In this document: piece after piece, positions 28,106-38,628 of the stretch
Layout: each line of letters begins with the position of its first letter
Numbering within the stretch: position 1 is the stretch's first letter
Assembly: GCA_905233805.1 (NCBI GenBank)
Contig: CAJOER010000002.1
Span: forward strand, 1 to 45,003
Origin: an uncultured Eubacterium sp.
GTDB taxonomy: Bacteria > Bacillota > Clostridia > Oscillospirales > Acutalibacteraceae
Length of the DNA: 45,003 nucleotides
Reading direction: 5' to 3'
Notes under the pieces: model-generated
Databases searched by the model: none
What the model was told of the DNA's origin: nothing
Seen by the model: only the letters and a program-made list of their open reading frames with translations
Translations under genes and position numbers: made by a program

Positions 28106-29017
28106 TTGATTTTAAATAATTCGACTACGCTGCTTACGGACAAAAGAGGGCACATCCTTATTAATGAGCCCAGCGTTGTTGCGCTTGACATCAAAACAAA
28201 ACAGGTTCTTACCACGGGTAACGAAGCCAAAAAAATGATAGGCAGAACGCCGGGGTCCATTGTCCCCGTAATGCCGATTAGAGGCGGCGTTATTGCCGAT
28301 TTTGATATGACGGCCGATATGCTCCACAGCTTTATGCAGCGTTCAAGCAAGAGAAATATGTTCACCAAAACGAGCGTTGCGGTTAGCGTGCCCTCGGGAG
28401 TTACCGAGGTTGAACGCCGTGCGGTTGAGGACGCCGTGAGAGCGGCGGGCGCTCAGGACGTTGAACTTGTCGAAGCTCCTATGGCGGCGGCTCTCGGCGC
28501 GGGGCTTCCCGTATATGAGGCAACCGGCTCAATGATAATCGACTTCGGCGGCGGAACCTGCGATATTGCGGTTGTAACCCTCGGACGCGTAGCCTCCTGC
28601 AATAGCGTAAAAATCGGCGGCGACGCAATTAATGAGGCGATTGTAAACTACCTTAAAAAAGAACACGGACTTCTTGTCGGAGAGAAGACGGGCGAGGACA
28701 TTAAACTGAAAATAGGCTCGGCTTCGGAATATGACGGCGAGGCGGCTATGGAGATTAAGGGAAGGCGCGTTGAGGACGGGCTTCCCGGCTCTGCGGAGAT
28801 AACCTCGGCGGATATAAGAGAAGTAATCAACGTGCTTATTGACGAAATAATTGATATACTCGACAGGGGAATCTATCTCACGGGCGGCGGCGCCAAGCTC
28901 AGAGGCCTTAAAGAAAAACTCGAAAGGGATATTAAAATACCCGTAATCGTTCCCAACGCTCCCGAAACCTGCGTTGCTCTCGGAACGTCGGTATGTCTCA
29001 AAAGAGGTTTTAAATAA
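28106..29017 (+). pseudogene. mreB: MreB homologue, N-terminally truncated and with an internal in-frame deletion
   Basis: NEPSVVA, GVIADF, VPSGVTEVERRAV, DFGGGT, GIYLTGGG; lacks IDLGT motif, RBS and the TPPEL segment. Confidence 0.7.
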
Positions 29018-29034
29018 TTTTTCCGGAGAAATAA

Positions 29035-29862
29035 ATGAAATCGTTTTTTACCAACAGCCGCTTTAAGCTTGTTGCGGCAATAATTGCGCTCCTTCTTGCA
29101 GGCGCTTTGCTTGCGGGACTTACCGGGCGCAGCGAAACTGTTCAGTCCTCTGTGGTCGGAACGGTTTTATCTCCTTTACATTTTGTTGCCCAGAAGATAA
29201 GCGACGGTTTTGACACCGCCTTCGGCAACGTTAAGCCCCACGCGGCTTATGAAAAGAAAGTCAGGGACCTTGAAGAGGAAAACGGGGACCTTAAAGCTAA
29301 GCTTGCCGACTATGAGGATATGAAAAAGCAAAACGAAATGTATAAGGATGTTCTTGAACTGAAAGAGGAAAAAGCGTCTTATCAGTTTGTTGAGGCGTCG
29401 GTTATCGCAAGAGACAGCGCCGATATTTATAAATCGTTTTCAATCAGCAAGGGTTCCGTAAGCGGAATCAAGGTCGGCAACGCAGTTATCTATAAAAAGA
29501 ACCTTATCGGAATAATCGATAAGGTCTACCCCGATTACAGCGTTGTTAAAACTATACTTAACCCGAAATTCAACGTATCCGCGTATGAGATTATTTCGGG
29601 TGAAATATCATACGTTACGGGTAACGCAAGGCTTGCAAGAGATGGGAAATGCAAAATGTCAAACCTCTCTTCTACGACTCACGTTGCCTACGGTTCAATT
29701 ATCTGTTCGGCAGGTATAGGCGATAAGATACCCAAAGGCCTTGTTATCGGCACCGTTGACGAGGTTGCGGACGAGCCTGCGGATATTTCTTCTTATGCGA
29801 GAATTGTACCCGAGGTTGAAATTGATGAAATCTCTCAGTGCTTTGTAGTTACAGATTTTTAG
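29035..29862 (+). CDS. mreC: Rod shape-determining protein MreC
   Basis: N-terminal TM, coiled coil, A.VIAR, KGS..GI, PKGLVIG; operon position. Confidence 0.92.
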   Translation: MKSFFTNSRFKLVAAIIALLLAGALLAGLTGRSETVQSSVVGTVLSPLHFVAQKISDGFDTAFGNVKPHAAYEKKVRDLEEENGDLKAKLADYEDMKKQNEMYKDVLELKEEKASYQFVEASVIARDSADIYKSFSISKGSVSGIKVGNAVIYKKNLIGIIDKVYPDYSVVKTILNPKFNVSAYEIISGEISYVTGNARLARDGKCKMSNLSSTTHVAYGSIICSAGIGDKIPKGLVIGTVDEVADEPADISSYARIVPEVEIDEISQCFVVTDF

Positions 29863-29870
29863 GTGAATAA

Positions 29871-30401
29871 ATGGAATTGTCATACAGAGATAAGACAATT
29901 AAATACGGTTTATATGCGGCAGTGATTCTTACCGCGGCACTTTTACAGAATATCGGCGGCGCATGGTTTTCGGTATTCGGAGCAAGGTGCTTTTTCCTGA
30001 TACCCGTTTGTGTTCTTATGGGCCTCGGCGAGGACGAAAGAGCAGCGGCGTTTCTCGGACTTTTCGGCGGGATATTATGGGATATGATAAGCTCGCAGCA
30101 CAGGATTTTTGCTGCCGTATTTCTCTCTTTGGTATGCTATATTAGTTCATATCTTGTAACCCGTCTTTTCAGAAACACCTATCACTTCGGCGTTATTGCG
30201 TCGGCGGTATCCGTATTCGCTTTCTGTATAATTTACTGGATTTGCTATGTTCTTATCGGGGGCGAAGACGGCAGGCTTGCGGCACTCGGATTCTTCTATA
30301 TCCCGTCGTTTATTTATACTTCGCTTATGGCATTCCCGCTTTATCTTGTTTTAAGACCGCTTAAAGCAAAACTTAACAAAACCGCTCTTTCGGTAGACTG
30401 A
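29871..30401 (+). CDS. mreD: Rod shape-determining protein MreD
   Basis: Hydrophobic 176 aa, GLFGGILWD; between mreC and PBP2. Confidence 0.8.
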   Translation: MELSYRDKTIKYGLYAAVILTAALLQNIGGAWFSVFGARCFFLIPVCVLMGLGEDERAAAFLGLFGGILWDMISSQHRIFAAVFLSLVCYISSYLVTRLFRNTYHFGVIASAVSVFAFCIIYWICYVLIGGEDGRLAALGFFYIPSFIYTSLMAFPLYLVLRPLKAKLNKTALSVD

Positions 30402-30433
30402 GCGATTAATAACTTTGTGCGAAAGGAGGAAAT

Positions 30434-32473
30434 ATGGGTAAGATATATAAAAGCTCGCGGACTACGCTCGCGGTAATACTTATTGTTGCGACTATCCTCG
30501 GCTTCGGCTATAAACTCTATGATATCCAGATTGTCAATAACGAGATTTATGCCGCTCAGAATAATACCGTAAAAACCTATACTGTTCCTCTTCGCGCTGC
30601 AAGAGGGGATATCGTTGACAGAAACGGAAATCCCCTTGTAACCAACCGTCAGGGAAACAGCGTCGTATTAAACGCCGCATATTTCCCCCCGGCTGATAAC
30701 AATGATGAAAGAAACGCAGTTGTTCTCAACCTTATTACGCTTTTCAGAAAGAACAAGGAGGAATACGTACATAACCTCCCGCTTAAACTTGATAAAAACA
30801 ACAATCCCGTTTTCTTTACAAAAAAAGATGACGAAAAGTTTGAAAGCGCAATAAAAACGATGAAAAGCAGGGATATGTTCAACCTGCAGGAATATGCGAC
30901 CGCTCAGAACTGCTTTGACGCCATGATTGAAAAATACGGGCTTGAAGCGTATGCCGAAAAGGGTGATTACAGGACTGCGCTTGAAATAGGCAATATAAGA
31001 TACGAACTTACGAGGCTTTTGTTTTCGGTTTCAAATCCCGTTGCGATTGCCGATGACGTAAGCGACAAAACGATTGCCGAAATTAAGGAAAACTACGATT
31101 ATTACGAGGGCGCGGACGTTCAGGTTGTAGCGTACCGCGAGTACGCCGATTCAACCCTCGCGCCGCATATACTCGGAACGGTAAGAAAGATTAACGCCGA
31201 AGAATTTGCCGCGCTTAAAGACAAGGGATACAGCATTACCGACGAAATAGGAGAGTCGGGAATTGAAGCCGCTATGGAGGAATTCCTCAGAGGCACGGCG
31301 GGAGAAAAAACCGTAACGATTGACTCTGACGGTAACGTTACCGAAGAGATTACGAAGGAACCCGCGCAGGGCGATACAATTGTTCTTACAATAGACAAGG
31401 ACTTACAGAAGGTCGCTCAGAGGAAACTTGAAACAACCTGTAAGGGCGTTGATTATTATAATTCAACGGGCGCTGTTGTGGTAGAGAACTGCAACAACGG
31501 CGAAGTGCTTGCCGCGGCAAGTTATCCCGCGTTTGACCTTGACGATTATTACAAGCATTATAATGAACTTGTGAAAGATAAAAACACTCCGCTTTATAAC
31601 CGTTTTGCCATGGGTACGTACGCCCCCGGCTCAACGTTCAAGCCTATGATGGCGGTTGCGGGTCTGCAGTCGGGCGTAATCAGCGAAGACACGTATTTTG
31701 AGTGCAATAAGTATTTCAAGGTGCGCGATATGGAATTTAAGTGTACCGATTACCACGGCGGCGAAAACGTAAGAACGGCGATAAGGGATTCGTGTAATAT
31801 CTTCTTTTACAATACTGCGCAGAGGCTCGGAATTGCGAGAATGAATCTTTACGGTTCAATGTTCGGCCTCGGCGAGAAGACGGGAGTTGAAATCCCCGAG
31901 GCAAAGGGAATTCTGGCAGGTCCCGAATACAGGAAGAAATTTGATATGACCTGGCGTCCCGGCGATACGGTTCAGGCGGCTATCGGTCAGTCGGACAACC
32001 TGTTCACGCCGCTTCAGCTCTGCAATTACTGCGCTACAATTGCAAACGGCGGAACAAGATATCAGCTCCATTTCGTAAAATCAAGAATTTCGAATTCAAC
32101 GGGAGTTGTAAGCGAAACCGGCTCTAACGCGCTTAAAACGCTTGAAGTAAGCGCAAATAACATCAGTATCGTTCAGGAAGGTATGAGGCTTGTTGCGACT
32201 CAGGGCGGTCCGGCAGGGGTTTTCTACTCGCTCGGAACCAAGGTTGCGTGTAAGACGGGTACCTCTCAGGTAAGGGTAAACGGCGCTATTCACAATAACG
32301 GTTTTCTTATTACTTACGCTCCGTATAACAACCCCGAATTAAGTATTGCTTCGGTTATTGAACTTGCGGGTTCGGGTACTTCAACCGCCAAGATAACCTA
32401 TTCAATTATTGACTACTACTATTCTCATAACACCAATGAGAAAAAAGCCCAGAAGGACGGAACGCTTTTATAA
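30434..32473 (+). CDS. mrdA: Class B penicillin-binding protein (PBP2)
   Basis: RGDIVDRNG, PGSTFK, SCN, KTG motifs. Confidence 0.92.
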   Translation: MGKIYKSSRTTLAVILIVATILGFGYKLYDIQIVNNEIYAAQNNTVKTYTVPLRAARGDIVDRNGNPLVTNRQGNSVVLNAAYFPPADNNDERNAVVLNLITLFRKNKEEYVHNLPLKLDKNNNPVFFTKKDDEKFESAIKTMKSRDMFNLQEYATAQNCFDAMIEKYGLEAYAEKGDYRTALEIGNIRYELTRLLFSVSNPVAIADDVSDKTIAEIKENYDYYEGADVQVVAYREYADSTLAPHILGTVRKINAEEFAALKDKGYSITDEIGESGIEAAMEEFLRGTAGEKTVTIDSDGNVTEEITKEPAQGDTIVLTIDKDLQKVAQRKLETTCKGVDYYNSTGAVVVENCNNGEVLAAASYPAFDLDDYYKHYNELVKDKNTPLYNRFAMGTYAPGSTFKPMMAVAGLQSGVISEDTYFECNKYFKVRDMEFKCTDYHGGENVRTAIRDSCNIFFYNTAQRLGIARMNLYGSMFGLGEKTGVEIPEAKGILAGPEYRKKFDMTWRPGDTVQAAIGQSDNLFTPLQLCNYCATIANGGTRYQLHFVKSRISNSTGVVSETGSNALKTLEVSANNISIVQEGMRLVATQGGPAGVFYSLGTKVACKTGTSQVRVNGAIHNNGFLITYAPYNNPELSIASVIELAGSGTSTAKITYSIIDYYYSHNTNEKKAQKDGTLL

Positions 32474-32563
32474 AATACTTGTTTTGATTTATTATTTATG
32501 ATAATATAAGACTATAATCTTCTAATCGGTAAACCCAGGGCGAATAATCCACAGGAGGGAAAT

Positions 32564-32974
32564 ATGAATATTGCTTTAATTGCTCACGATGCGAAAAAAG
32601 AACTGTTAGTTCAGTTCTGTATAGCGTATTGCGGAATAATAAGCCGCCACGACGTATGCGCGACGGGAACTACGGGCAAACTCGTAAAAGAGGCAACCGG
32701 GCTTGATATCAACTGCTTTTTAAGCGGCTCTCAGGGCGGCGGACAGCAGATTGCAAGCCGTATTGCGTGTAACGAGATTGACCTGCTTATCTTCTTCCGC
32801 GACCCGCTTTCGGCAAAACCGCACGAGCCTAACGATAACGACTTACTGCGCCTGTGTGACGTTCACAATATTCCGTTTGCAACTAATATTGCTACCGCCG
32901 AGGCGCTTATCAGAGGCGTTGAAAGAGGCGACTTTGAGTGGAGAGAAATTGTTAATCCACGCTATAACAGATAA
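32564..32974 (+). CDS. mgsA: Methylglyoxal synthase
   Basis: [35 protein letters not shown]. Confidence 0.93.
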   Translation: MNIALIAHDAKKELLVQFCIAYCGIISRHDVCATGTTGKLVKEATGLDINCFLSGSQGGGQQIASRIACNEIDLLIFFRDPLSAKPHEPNDNDLLRLCDVHNIPFATNIATAEALIRGVERGDFEWREIVNPRYNR

Positions 32975-33022
32975 ATAAAATGCGGAGCGTTACTGCTCCG
33001 CATAACACATATAGGAGACATT

Positions 33023-34363
33023 ATGGCATTGATAACGAAGGCCGTAAAGGGCACTAATGACGTTTTACCGTCAGAGGTACATAAAAACCAGTATATTGAG
33101 GCAACCTGTCTTTCGGTTGCCGGAAACTTCGGATATAAAGAGATGAGAACGCCCGTGTTTGAACACACGGAGCTTTTTCAGCGCGGAGTAGGCGATACGA
33201 CCGACGTCGTTCAGAAAGAGATGTATACTTTTGACGACAAGGGCGGACGTTCCATTACCCTTCGTCCCGAGGGAACGGCGGGCGCGGCGCGCGCCTTCCT
33301 TGAAAACGGACTTTCAAACGGTGCTCTGCCGCAGAAAATCTGTTACCTCACTTCCTGCTACCGTTATGAAAAACCTCAGGCGGGAAGACTGCGCGAGTTC
33401 CACCAGTTCGGCATAGAGTGCTTCGGCGCGTCCTCTCCTCTTGCGGACGCTGAAATAATCGCCCTTGCAAAGCAGATTTTCGATACTCTCGGCATAACCG
33501 ATTTACACCTTGAGATTAATTCTATCGGCTGTCCCGAATGCCGCGCGAAATATCACGAGGCGCTCAAAGAATACTTTTCGCAGTATAAGGAGCAGCTTTG
33601 CAACACCTGTCAGGAAAGGCTTGAAAGAAACCCGATGAGGCTTCTTGACTGCAAGAGCCCCGAGGATAAGGCGATAGCCGAAAACGCTCCCGAAATTCTT
33701 GATTATCTCTGTGACGAGTGCAAAGAGCATTTTGAAAGCGTAAAAAAATATCTCGGCGCTATGAACATTGAATTTACTGTCAATCCCCGTATTGTAAGAG
33801 GACTTGACTATTATACAAAGACGGTATTTGAATTTATCGCTGATTCAATCGGCGCGCAGGGAACGGTCTGCGGCGGCGGACGTTACGACGGACTTATTGA
33901 AGAACTCGGCGGACAGAAGACTCCGTCACTCGGCTTCGGCATGGGACTTGAAAGGCTTGCGCTTGTTATGGACGCGCAGGGCTGTGAATATCCCGAGGCG
34001 GAGGTTCCCGATTTATTCATAGCGGCAATAGGCGAAAAAGCAAAGCTCAAAGCCGTTGAAATTGCAAAGGATATGCGCGACGAGGGCTTCTCGGTGGTTT
34101 ACGATTTGAACGAGCGTTCGGTAAGAGCGCAGATGAAGTATGCCGACAAACTCGGCGCAAAATACAACATAGTAATCGGCGACAGCGAGGTTGACGAAAA
34201 TAAAGCCGTGCTCAAAAATATGAAAAACGGCGAACAGGCTGATATAAGCCTTGTTACATTCGTTTCGGAATACTATTCAATTACTCTTAAAGAGCAGCTT
34301 GAGGATATTGAAATCAACGGCGAGGCTCTTGATTTTAACTCGCTTTTCGGTATAGGAGAATAA
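33023..34363 (+). CDS. hisS: Histidine--tRNA ligase
   Basis: LRPEGTA, RYEKPQAGRLREFHQ, VRGLDYY, GGGRYD. Confidence 0.98.
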   Translation: MALITKAVKGTNDVLPSEVHKNQYIEATCLSVAGNFGYKEMRTPVFEHTELFQRGVGDTTDVVQKEMYTFDDKGGRSITLRPEGTAGAARAFLENGLSNGALPQKICYLTSCYRYEKPQAGRLREFHQFGIECFGASSPLADAEIIALAKQIFDTLGITDLHLEINSIGCPECRAKYHEALKEYFSQYKEQLCNTCQERLERNPMRLLDCKSPEDKAIAENAPEILDYLCDECKEHFESVKKYLGAMNIEFTVNPRIVRGLDYYTKTVFEFIADSIGAQGTVCGGGRYDGLIEELGGQKTPSLGFGMGLERLALVMDAQGCEYPEAEVPDLFIAAIGEKAKLKAVEIAKDMRDEGFSVVYDLNERSVRAQMKYADKLGAKYNIVIGDSEVDENKAVLKNMKNGEQADISLVTFVSEYYSITLKEQLEDIEINGEALDFNSLFGIGE

Positions 34364-34364
34364 T

Positions 34365-36152
34365 ATGGCGGAAACAATTAAAGGACTGAAAAGAACGGCG
34401 TACTGCGCCGAATTCAATATGAAAAATGTGGGTGAGGAGATTACCGTTTTTGGCTGGGTTCAGCGTCAGCGCGACCTCGGAAACCTCATTTTCATTGATA
34501 TTAGAGACAGAAGCGGAATTATCCAGCTTTCGTTTAACGAAGCCACGGACGCTGAAATATTTGAAAAAGCCAAGGCGACGAGAACCGAGTGGGTTGTCGC
34601 CGCAAAGGGCGTTGTTGCCGAAAGGGAGAGCAAAAACAAGGAAATCCCGACCGGCGACATCGAGGTTATGGTTAACGAATTCCGCATTATTTCAAAGGCT
34701 CAGACGCCTCCGTTTGAGGTTGAAAAAAGCGATACGGTAGGCGACGACGTCAGACTGAAATACCGTTATCTTGAACTGAGGAACGAAAAGCTCACGAAAA
34801 ATATAATAATGCGCCATAATATCGCAAAGATTGCAAGGGAGTATTTTTACGATAACGGTTTTATCGAAATAGAAACCCCTATGATGATAAAATCAACCCC
34901 CGAGGGCGCGCGCGACTACGTTGTTCCCTCGAGAATTCAAAACGGCAAGTTTTACGCGCTTCCGCAGTCGCCTCAGATATACAAGCAGCTTACTATGATT
35001 GCGGGCTTTGACAGATATATTCAGCTTGCGCGCTGCTTCAGGGATGAGGACTTGCGTGCGGACCGTCAGCCCGAGTTTACTCAGATAGACCTTGAAATGT
35101 CCTTCGTCGAGTGCGTAGACATTATGAATATGTGCGAGGGATTTATCAAAAAGCTGATGAAAGAAACGCTTGACGTTGATATTCCCGAAAAGCTTCCGCG
35201 AATGACCTTTGAAGAGGCGATGAACAGCTACGGCAGCGACAAACCCGACACCCGTTTTGATATGCTTAGTCAGGATATATCCGACTGGGCTGACCAGACT
35301 GATTTTGTCGTATTCAAAAGCGCAATTGCAGACGGCGGCTCGGTTAAGGCGTTCGTTGCAAAGGGCGGAGCCGAGGCATATTCAAGAAAGAAAATCGACA
35401 AGCTCACAAATCACGCCAAGGGCATAGGCGCAAAAGGACTTGCGTATATCCGCTGGGCTGAGGAGGAGCCCAACTGCTCGTTTGCAAAGTTCCTCAGAGA
35501 GGGCGAGCTTGACGCGTTAATCAAACAGCTCGGCGCCGAAAAGGGCGACGTCGTGTTTATTATTTCCGACAAGACGAGAAAGGCGCTCACGATTATGGGC
35601 GCGCTGAGGCTTCTCGCCGCTAAGGAGCTCGGAATTATCCCCGAAAACAAATGGAATTATCTCTGGATTACCGAAATGCCGTTCTTTGAACCCGACGAAG
35701 AGACGGGTGAATACGTAGCGGCGCACCATCCGTTTACTATGCCTATGCAGGAGAGCGTTGAATTTCTCGATACCGACAAATCCAAGGTTAAGGCACAGGC
35801 GTTTGACCTCGTGTTAAACGGAACCGAACTCTCATCGGGCTCGATGAGAATTACCGACTGCGCTTTGCAGAATAAAATGTTTGAACTGCTGGGTATGACT
35901 CAGGAGGAAATCGACGCAAAATTCGGCTTCCTCGTTGACGCATATCAGTATGCAGCGCCGCCTCACGGCGGTATGGGAATAGGTCTTGACAGACTTGCTA
36001 TGCTTATCTGCGGCGCGGAGTCTTTAAGAGACGTTGTTGCTTTCCCGAAATTACAAAACGCAAGCGAGCTTATGAGCGGCGCGCCGTCATATATTGACGA
36101 CGTTCAGCTCGAAGAGCTTGGTATAAATTTAATTAACGAAAAGGAGAGTTGA
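34365..36152 (+). CDS. aspS: Aspartate--tRNA ligase
   Basis: STPEGARDY, ALPQSPQ, FRDEDLRADRQPEF, HHPFT, PPHGG. Confidence 0.98.
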   Translation: MAETIKGLKRTAYCAEFNMKNVGEEITVFGWVQRQRDLGNLIFIDIRDRSGIIQLSFNEATDAEIFEKAKATRTEWVVAAKGVVAERESKNKEIPTGDIEVMVNEFRIISKAQTPPFEVEKSDTVGDDVRLKYRYLELRNEKLTKNIIMRHNIAKIAREYFYDNGFIEIETPMMIKSTPEGARDYVVPSRIQNGKFYALPQSPQIYKQLTMIAGFDRYIQLARCFRDEDLRADRQPEFTQIDLEMSFVECVDIMNMCEGFIKKLMKETLDVDIPEKLPRMTFEEAMNSYGSDKPDTRFDMLSQDISDWADQTDFVVFKSAIADGGSVKAFVAKGGAEAYSRKKIDKLTNHAKGIGAKGLAYIRWAEEEPNCSFAKFLREGELDALIKQLGAEKGDVVFIISDKTRKALTIMGALRLLAAKELGIIPENKWNYLWITEMPFFEPDEETGEYVAAHHPFTMPMQESVEFLDTDKSKVKAQAFDLVLNGTELSSGSMRITDCALQNKMFELLGMTQEEIDAKFGFLVDAYQYAAPPHGGMGIGLDRLAMLICGAESLRDVVAFPKLQNASELMSGAPSYIDDVQLEELGINLINEKES

Positions 36153-36154
36153 TT

Positions 36155-37636
36155 ATGAAAAAAACACTGTCGGCTGTATTAGCGCTTGTTATGCTTTTAA
36201 CCTCTTTTGCCGCGTTTTCATTCACTGCTGACGCAGCAGAACCAATGGAAAAGCACATTAAGGGCGTAAACTATGAGTATGTCATCAAAAATGACAAGGT
36301 AACAATTCAGTACGCCTTCATTTCGGGCAACTCCGCAGGCAAAACGATTACAATCCCGTCAAAAATCGACGGTAAAAAGGTCGTAGCGCTTGAATGTATG
36401 GGAATGGAAGAGAAGAACACCAAAACAACTACTCTTGTAATTCCGGATACAGTTGAAAAGCTCGGCGGAATATATGAAGGCGGCGGTTACAAGACAATTG
36501 ATTGCACCAATCTTGCAACCGTTAAAATCGGTAAAAACCTCAAATCAATGAGCTATAACCCGTTTATGTCTTCGGTAAAGAAGTTTACTGTTAACAGCAA
36601 AAACAAGTATTTTACCACTGTTAAGGGCGTTCTTTACAACAAGAAAAAGACGAAGCTTGTAGCTTATCCCGCAAAGAAAGCAGGCAAGAGCTTTACGGTA
36701 CCCGCAAGCGTTAAGACTTTAGGTACGAGAAGCTTCTACTACGTTTCAAAGCTTAAAACCTTAAAGACGAATAAGGTTGTAACGGTTGCCGACGAGACTT
36801 TCTATTATTCGGGAATTAAAACGATAAATTTCGGCAAGCCGCTTAAGACTATAACGGGCGAATCCTTTGCTCTTCCCTCAGGTCTTAAAAAGATTACCGT
36901 CGCAAAAGGGAATAAGTATTTTACAGTAAAGGACAATGTTCTTTTCAACAAGAAAAAGACAAAGCTCGTCTACTTCCCTTATAATAAAAAGCTTTCAAAA
37001 TACACCGTTCCGAAGAGTGTAAAAACCGTAGGAAGATATGCGTTCTTCTATAATGCTACTAAAAAAGTAGTTGTTCCTGCGTCGGTTAAAACCGTCGAGG
37101 AAGGGGCATTTATGGTCTTCCAGGGAAAGGTCAACGTTCCGTCAAAGGTAGTTAAAATTGAAGAAGAGGCATATTTAGGCGCTGACGTAGGTAAGTCTTT
37201 GACCTTACCTTCGACGCTTAAGACAATCGGAAAATATACTTTCTTAAATGCCGATTTTGAAAGCGTTGATTTGTCGAAAACAAAGTTAACTCAGATTCCC
37301 GAAGGCGCATTCTCATCATGCGCGAAGCTTGCCGCTGTCAAACTCCCGTCGACTCTTAAAACTATCGGTATGTCTGCATTCACCGATACTGCTGTCACAA
37401 GTCTTGTGCTTCCGGCAAGCGTTACGAAGGTCGGCGCGTATGCGCTCTGGTGCGAAAGCCTTAAAGAACTTACCGTTAAAGGTGCGGACACTGCGTTAAA
37501 CGAAGATGCAATTATGCAGTACGAGGACGACAATGCAGAAGCAGGAATCATTAACACAATCGTTATTAAAGCTCCTGCAGGCTCAAAGGCTGAGACCTAT
37601 GCAAACGAAAAAGGATTCACATTCGAAGCACTTTAA
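36155..37636 (+). CDS. Secreted Lys-rich BspA-type LRR protein
   Basis: ATG 36155 behind GGAG; signal peptide; NKYF..KGVLYNKKKTKLV.YP twice; LPSTLKTIG repeats. Confidence 0.85.
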   Translation: MKKTLSAVLALVMLLTSFAAFSFTADAAEPMEKHIKGVNYEYVIKNDKVTIQYAFISGNSAGKTITIPSKIDGKKVVALECMGMEEKNTKTTTLVIPDTVEKLGGIYEGGGYKTIDCTNLATVKIGKNLKSMSYNPFMSSVKKFTVNSKNKYFTTVKGVLYNKKKTKLVAYPAKKAGKSFTVPASVKTLGTRSFYYVSKLKTLKTNKVVTVADETFYYSGIKTINFGKPLKTITGESFALPSGLKKITVAKGNKYFTVKDNVLFNKKKTKLVYFPYNKKLSKYTVPKSVKTVGRYAFFYNATKKVVVPASVKTVEEGAFMVFQGKVNVPSKVVKIEEEAYLGADVGKSLTLPSTLKTIGKYTFLNADFESVDLSKTKLTQIPEGAFSSCAKLAAVKLPSTLKTIGMSAFTDTAVTSLVLPASVTKVGAYALWCESLKELTVKGADTALNEDAIMQYEDDNAEAGIINTIVIKAPAGSKAETYANEKGFTFEAL

Positions 37637-37642
37637 TTCTTT

Positions 37643-38230
37643 ATGAAAAACTACAATTTTTTCGCCATGGTCAATCGGATGAAACTGATTGACCGTTGGG
37701 CGCTTATGCACAATTCTTCAAAAGAGAATATTGCTGAGCACAGCCACACCGTGGCTGTGCTCTCTCACGCCCTTGCGGTGATAGGCAATAAAGAATTTGG
37801 CAGGAATTACAACGCCGAAAGAGCGGCTGCTCTTGCGCTTTATCACGATACTACCGAGGTTATTACGGGCGATATGCCTACCCCGGTTAAGTATTATAAC
37901 GACGATATTAAAAACGTTTATAAAGAGATTGAAAAAGTTGCGGGCGAGAGGCTTATAAATATGCTTCCCGACGGGTATAAAAGCGATTATCTTCCTTTTT
38001 TTGAAAAGAAAGAAGGGGACGAAGAGCTGTGGAAACTCGTCAAAGCCGCGGATAAAATCAGCGCGCTTATAAAATGCATTGAGGAAACGAGAACGGGCAA
38101 CAGAGAATTTGAAATTGCCCTGAAATCTCAGGAAGAAAAGATTAAGAAAATCGACCTACCCGAGGTTAAATTCTTCTGTGAAAACTTTCTTCCCGCATAT
38201 TATAAAACGCTTGATGAACACACAAAATAA
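37643..38230 (+). CDS. HD-domain 5'-deoxynucleotidase (YfbR-like)
   Basis: RW, ENIAEHS, HD, TGDMPTPVKY, KAADK. Confidence 0.92.
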   Translation: MKNYNFFAMVNRMKLIDRWALMHNSSKENIAEHSHTVAVLSHALAVIGNKEFGRNYNAERAAALALYHDTTEVITGDMPTPVKYYNDDIKNVYKEIEKVAGERLINMLPDGYKSDYLPFFEKKEGDEELWKLVKAADKISALIKCIEETRTGNREFEIALKSQEEKIKKIDLPEVKFFCENFLPAYYKTLDEHTK

Positions 38231-38256
38231 ACGGTTGCAGATGCAACCGTTTTTTT
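38229..38256. terminator. Bidirectional intrinsic terminator
   Basis: AAACGGTTGC-AGAT-GCAACCGTTT plus T tract. Confidence 0.8.
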
Positions 38257-38419
38257 AATAATCATCCTCATCCTGAATAGGCTCGTTTTCTATGCCCTCA
38301 TAATAGTATTCGTTGGGCATACCCATATAGGCGCCGTTTTCGTCGGGCATGGTCATATCGCTTCTTAAAAAGCGTCTTAAATCAATAATTTCCTTTTTCT
38401 TCTTTTTATTCTTACTCAT
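38255..38419 (-). CDS. 54-aa small protein below ORF-track cutoff, possibly sporulation-expressed
   Basis: GAGGTG RBS; MSKNKKKKKEIIDLRRFLRSDMTMPDENGAYMGMPNEYYYEGIENEPIQDEDDY; ends at terminator. Confidence 0.7.
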   Translation of the reverse strand: MSKNKKKKKEIIDLRRFLRSDMTMPDENGAYMGMPNEYYYEGIENEPIQDEDDY

Positions 38420-38628
38420 AAAAACACCTCTGCACTTATTATGTGCATATCATAAGGGGAGTATTCAAACTGAATAGGAAAAAGAGATGGGAATGCAAAA
38501 TTGCATTCCCTTTTCTTATACTAAATAAAACCGCTTTCTGATAAAAACAATAATTAAAGGGTTCGGAAATTTGTCTGGACTTTGGCGGTTGGTTGTGATA
38601 ATTGTTGTGTTGAAAGGAGGTCCTTGAT

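Noticed and set aside
32975-33022. T-box leader before hisS
   Set aside because: Only 48 bp with one short hairpin (TGCGGAGC/GCTCCGCA); too short and no T-box motif
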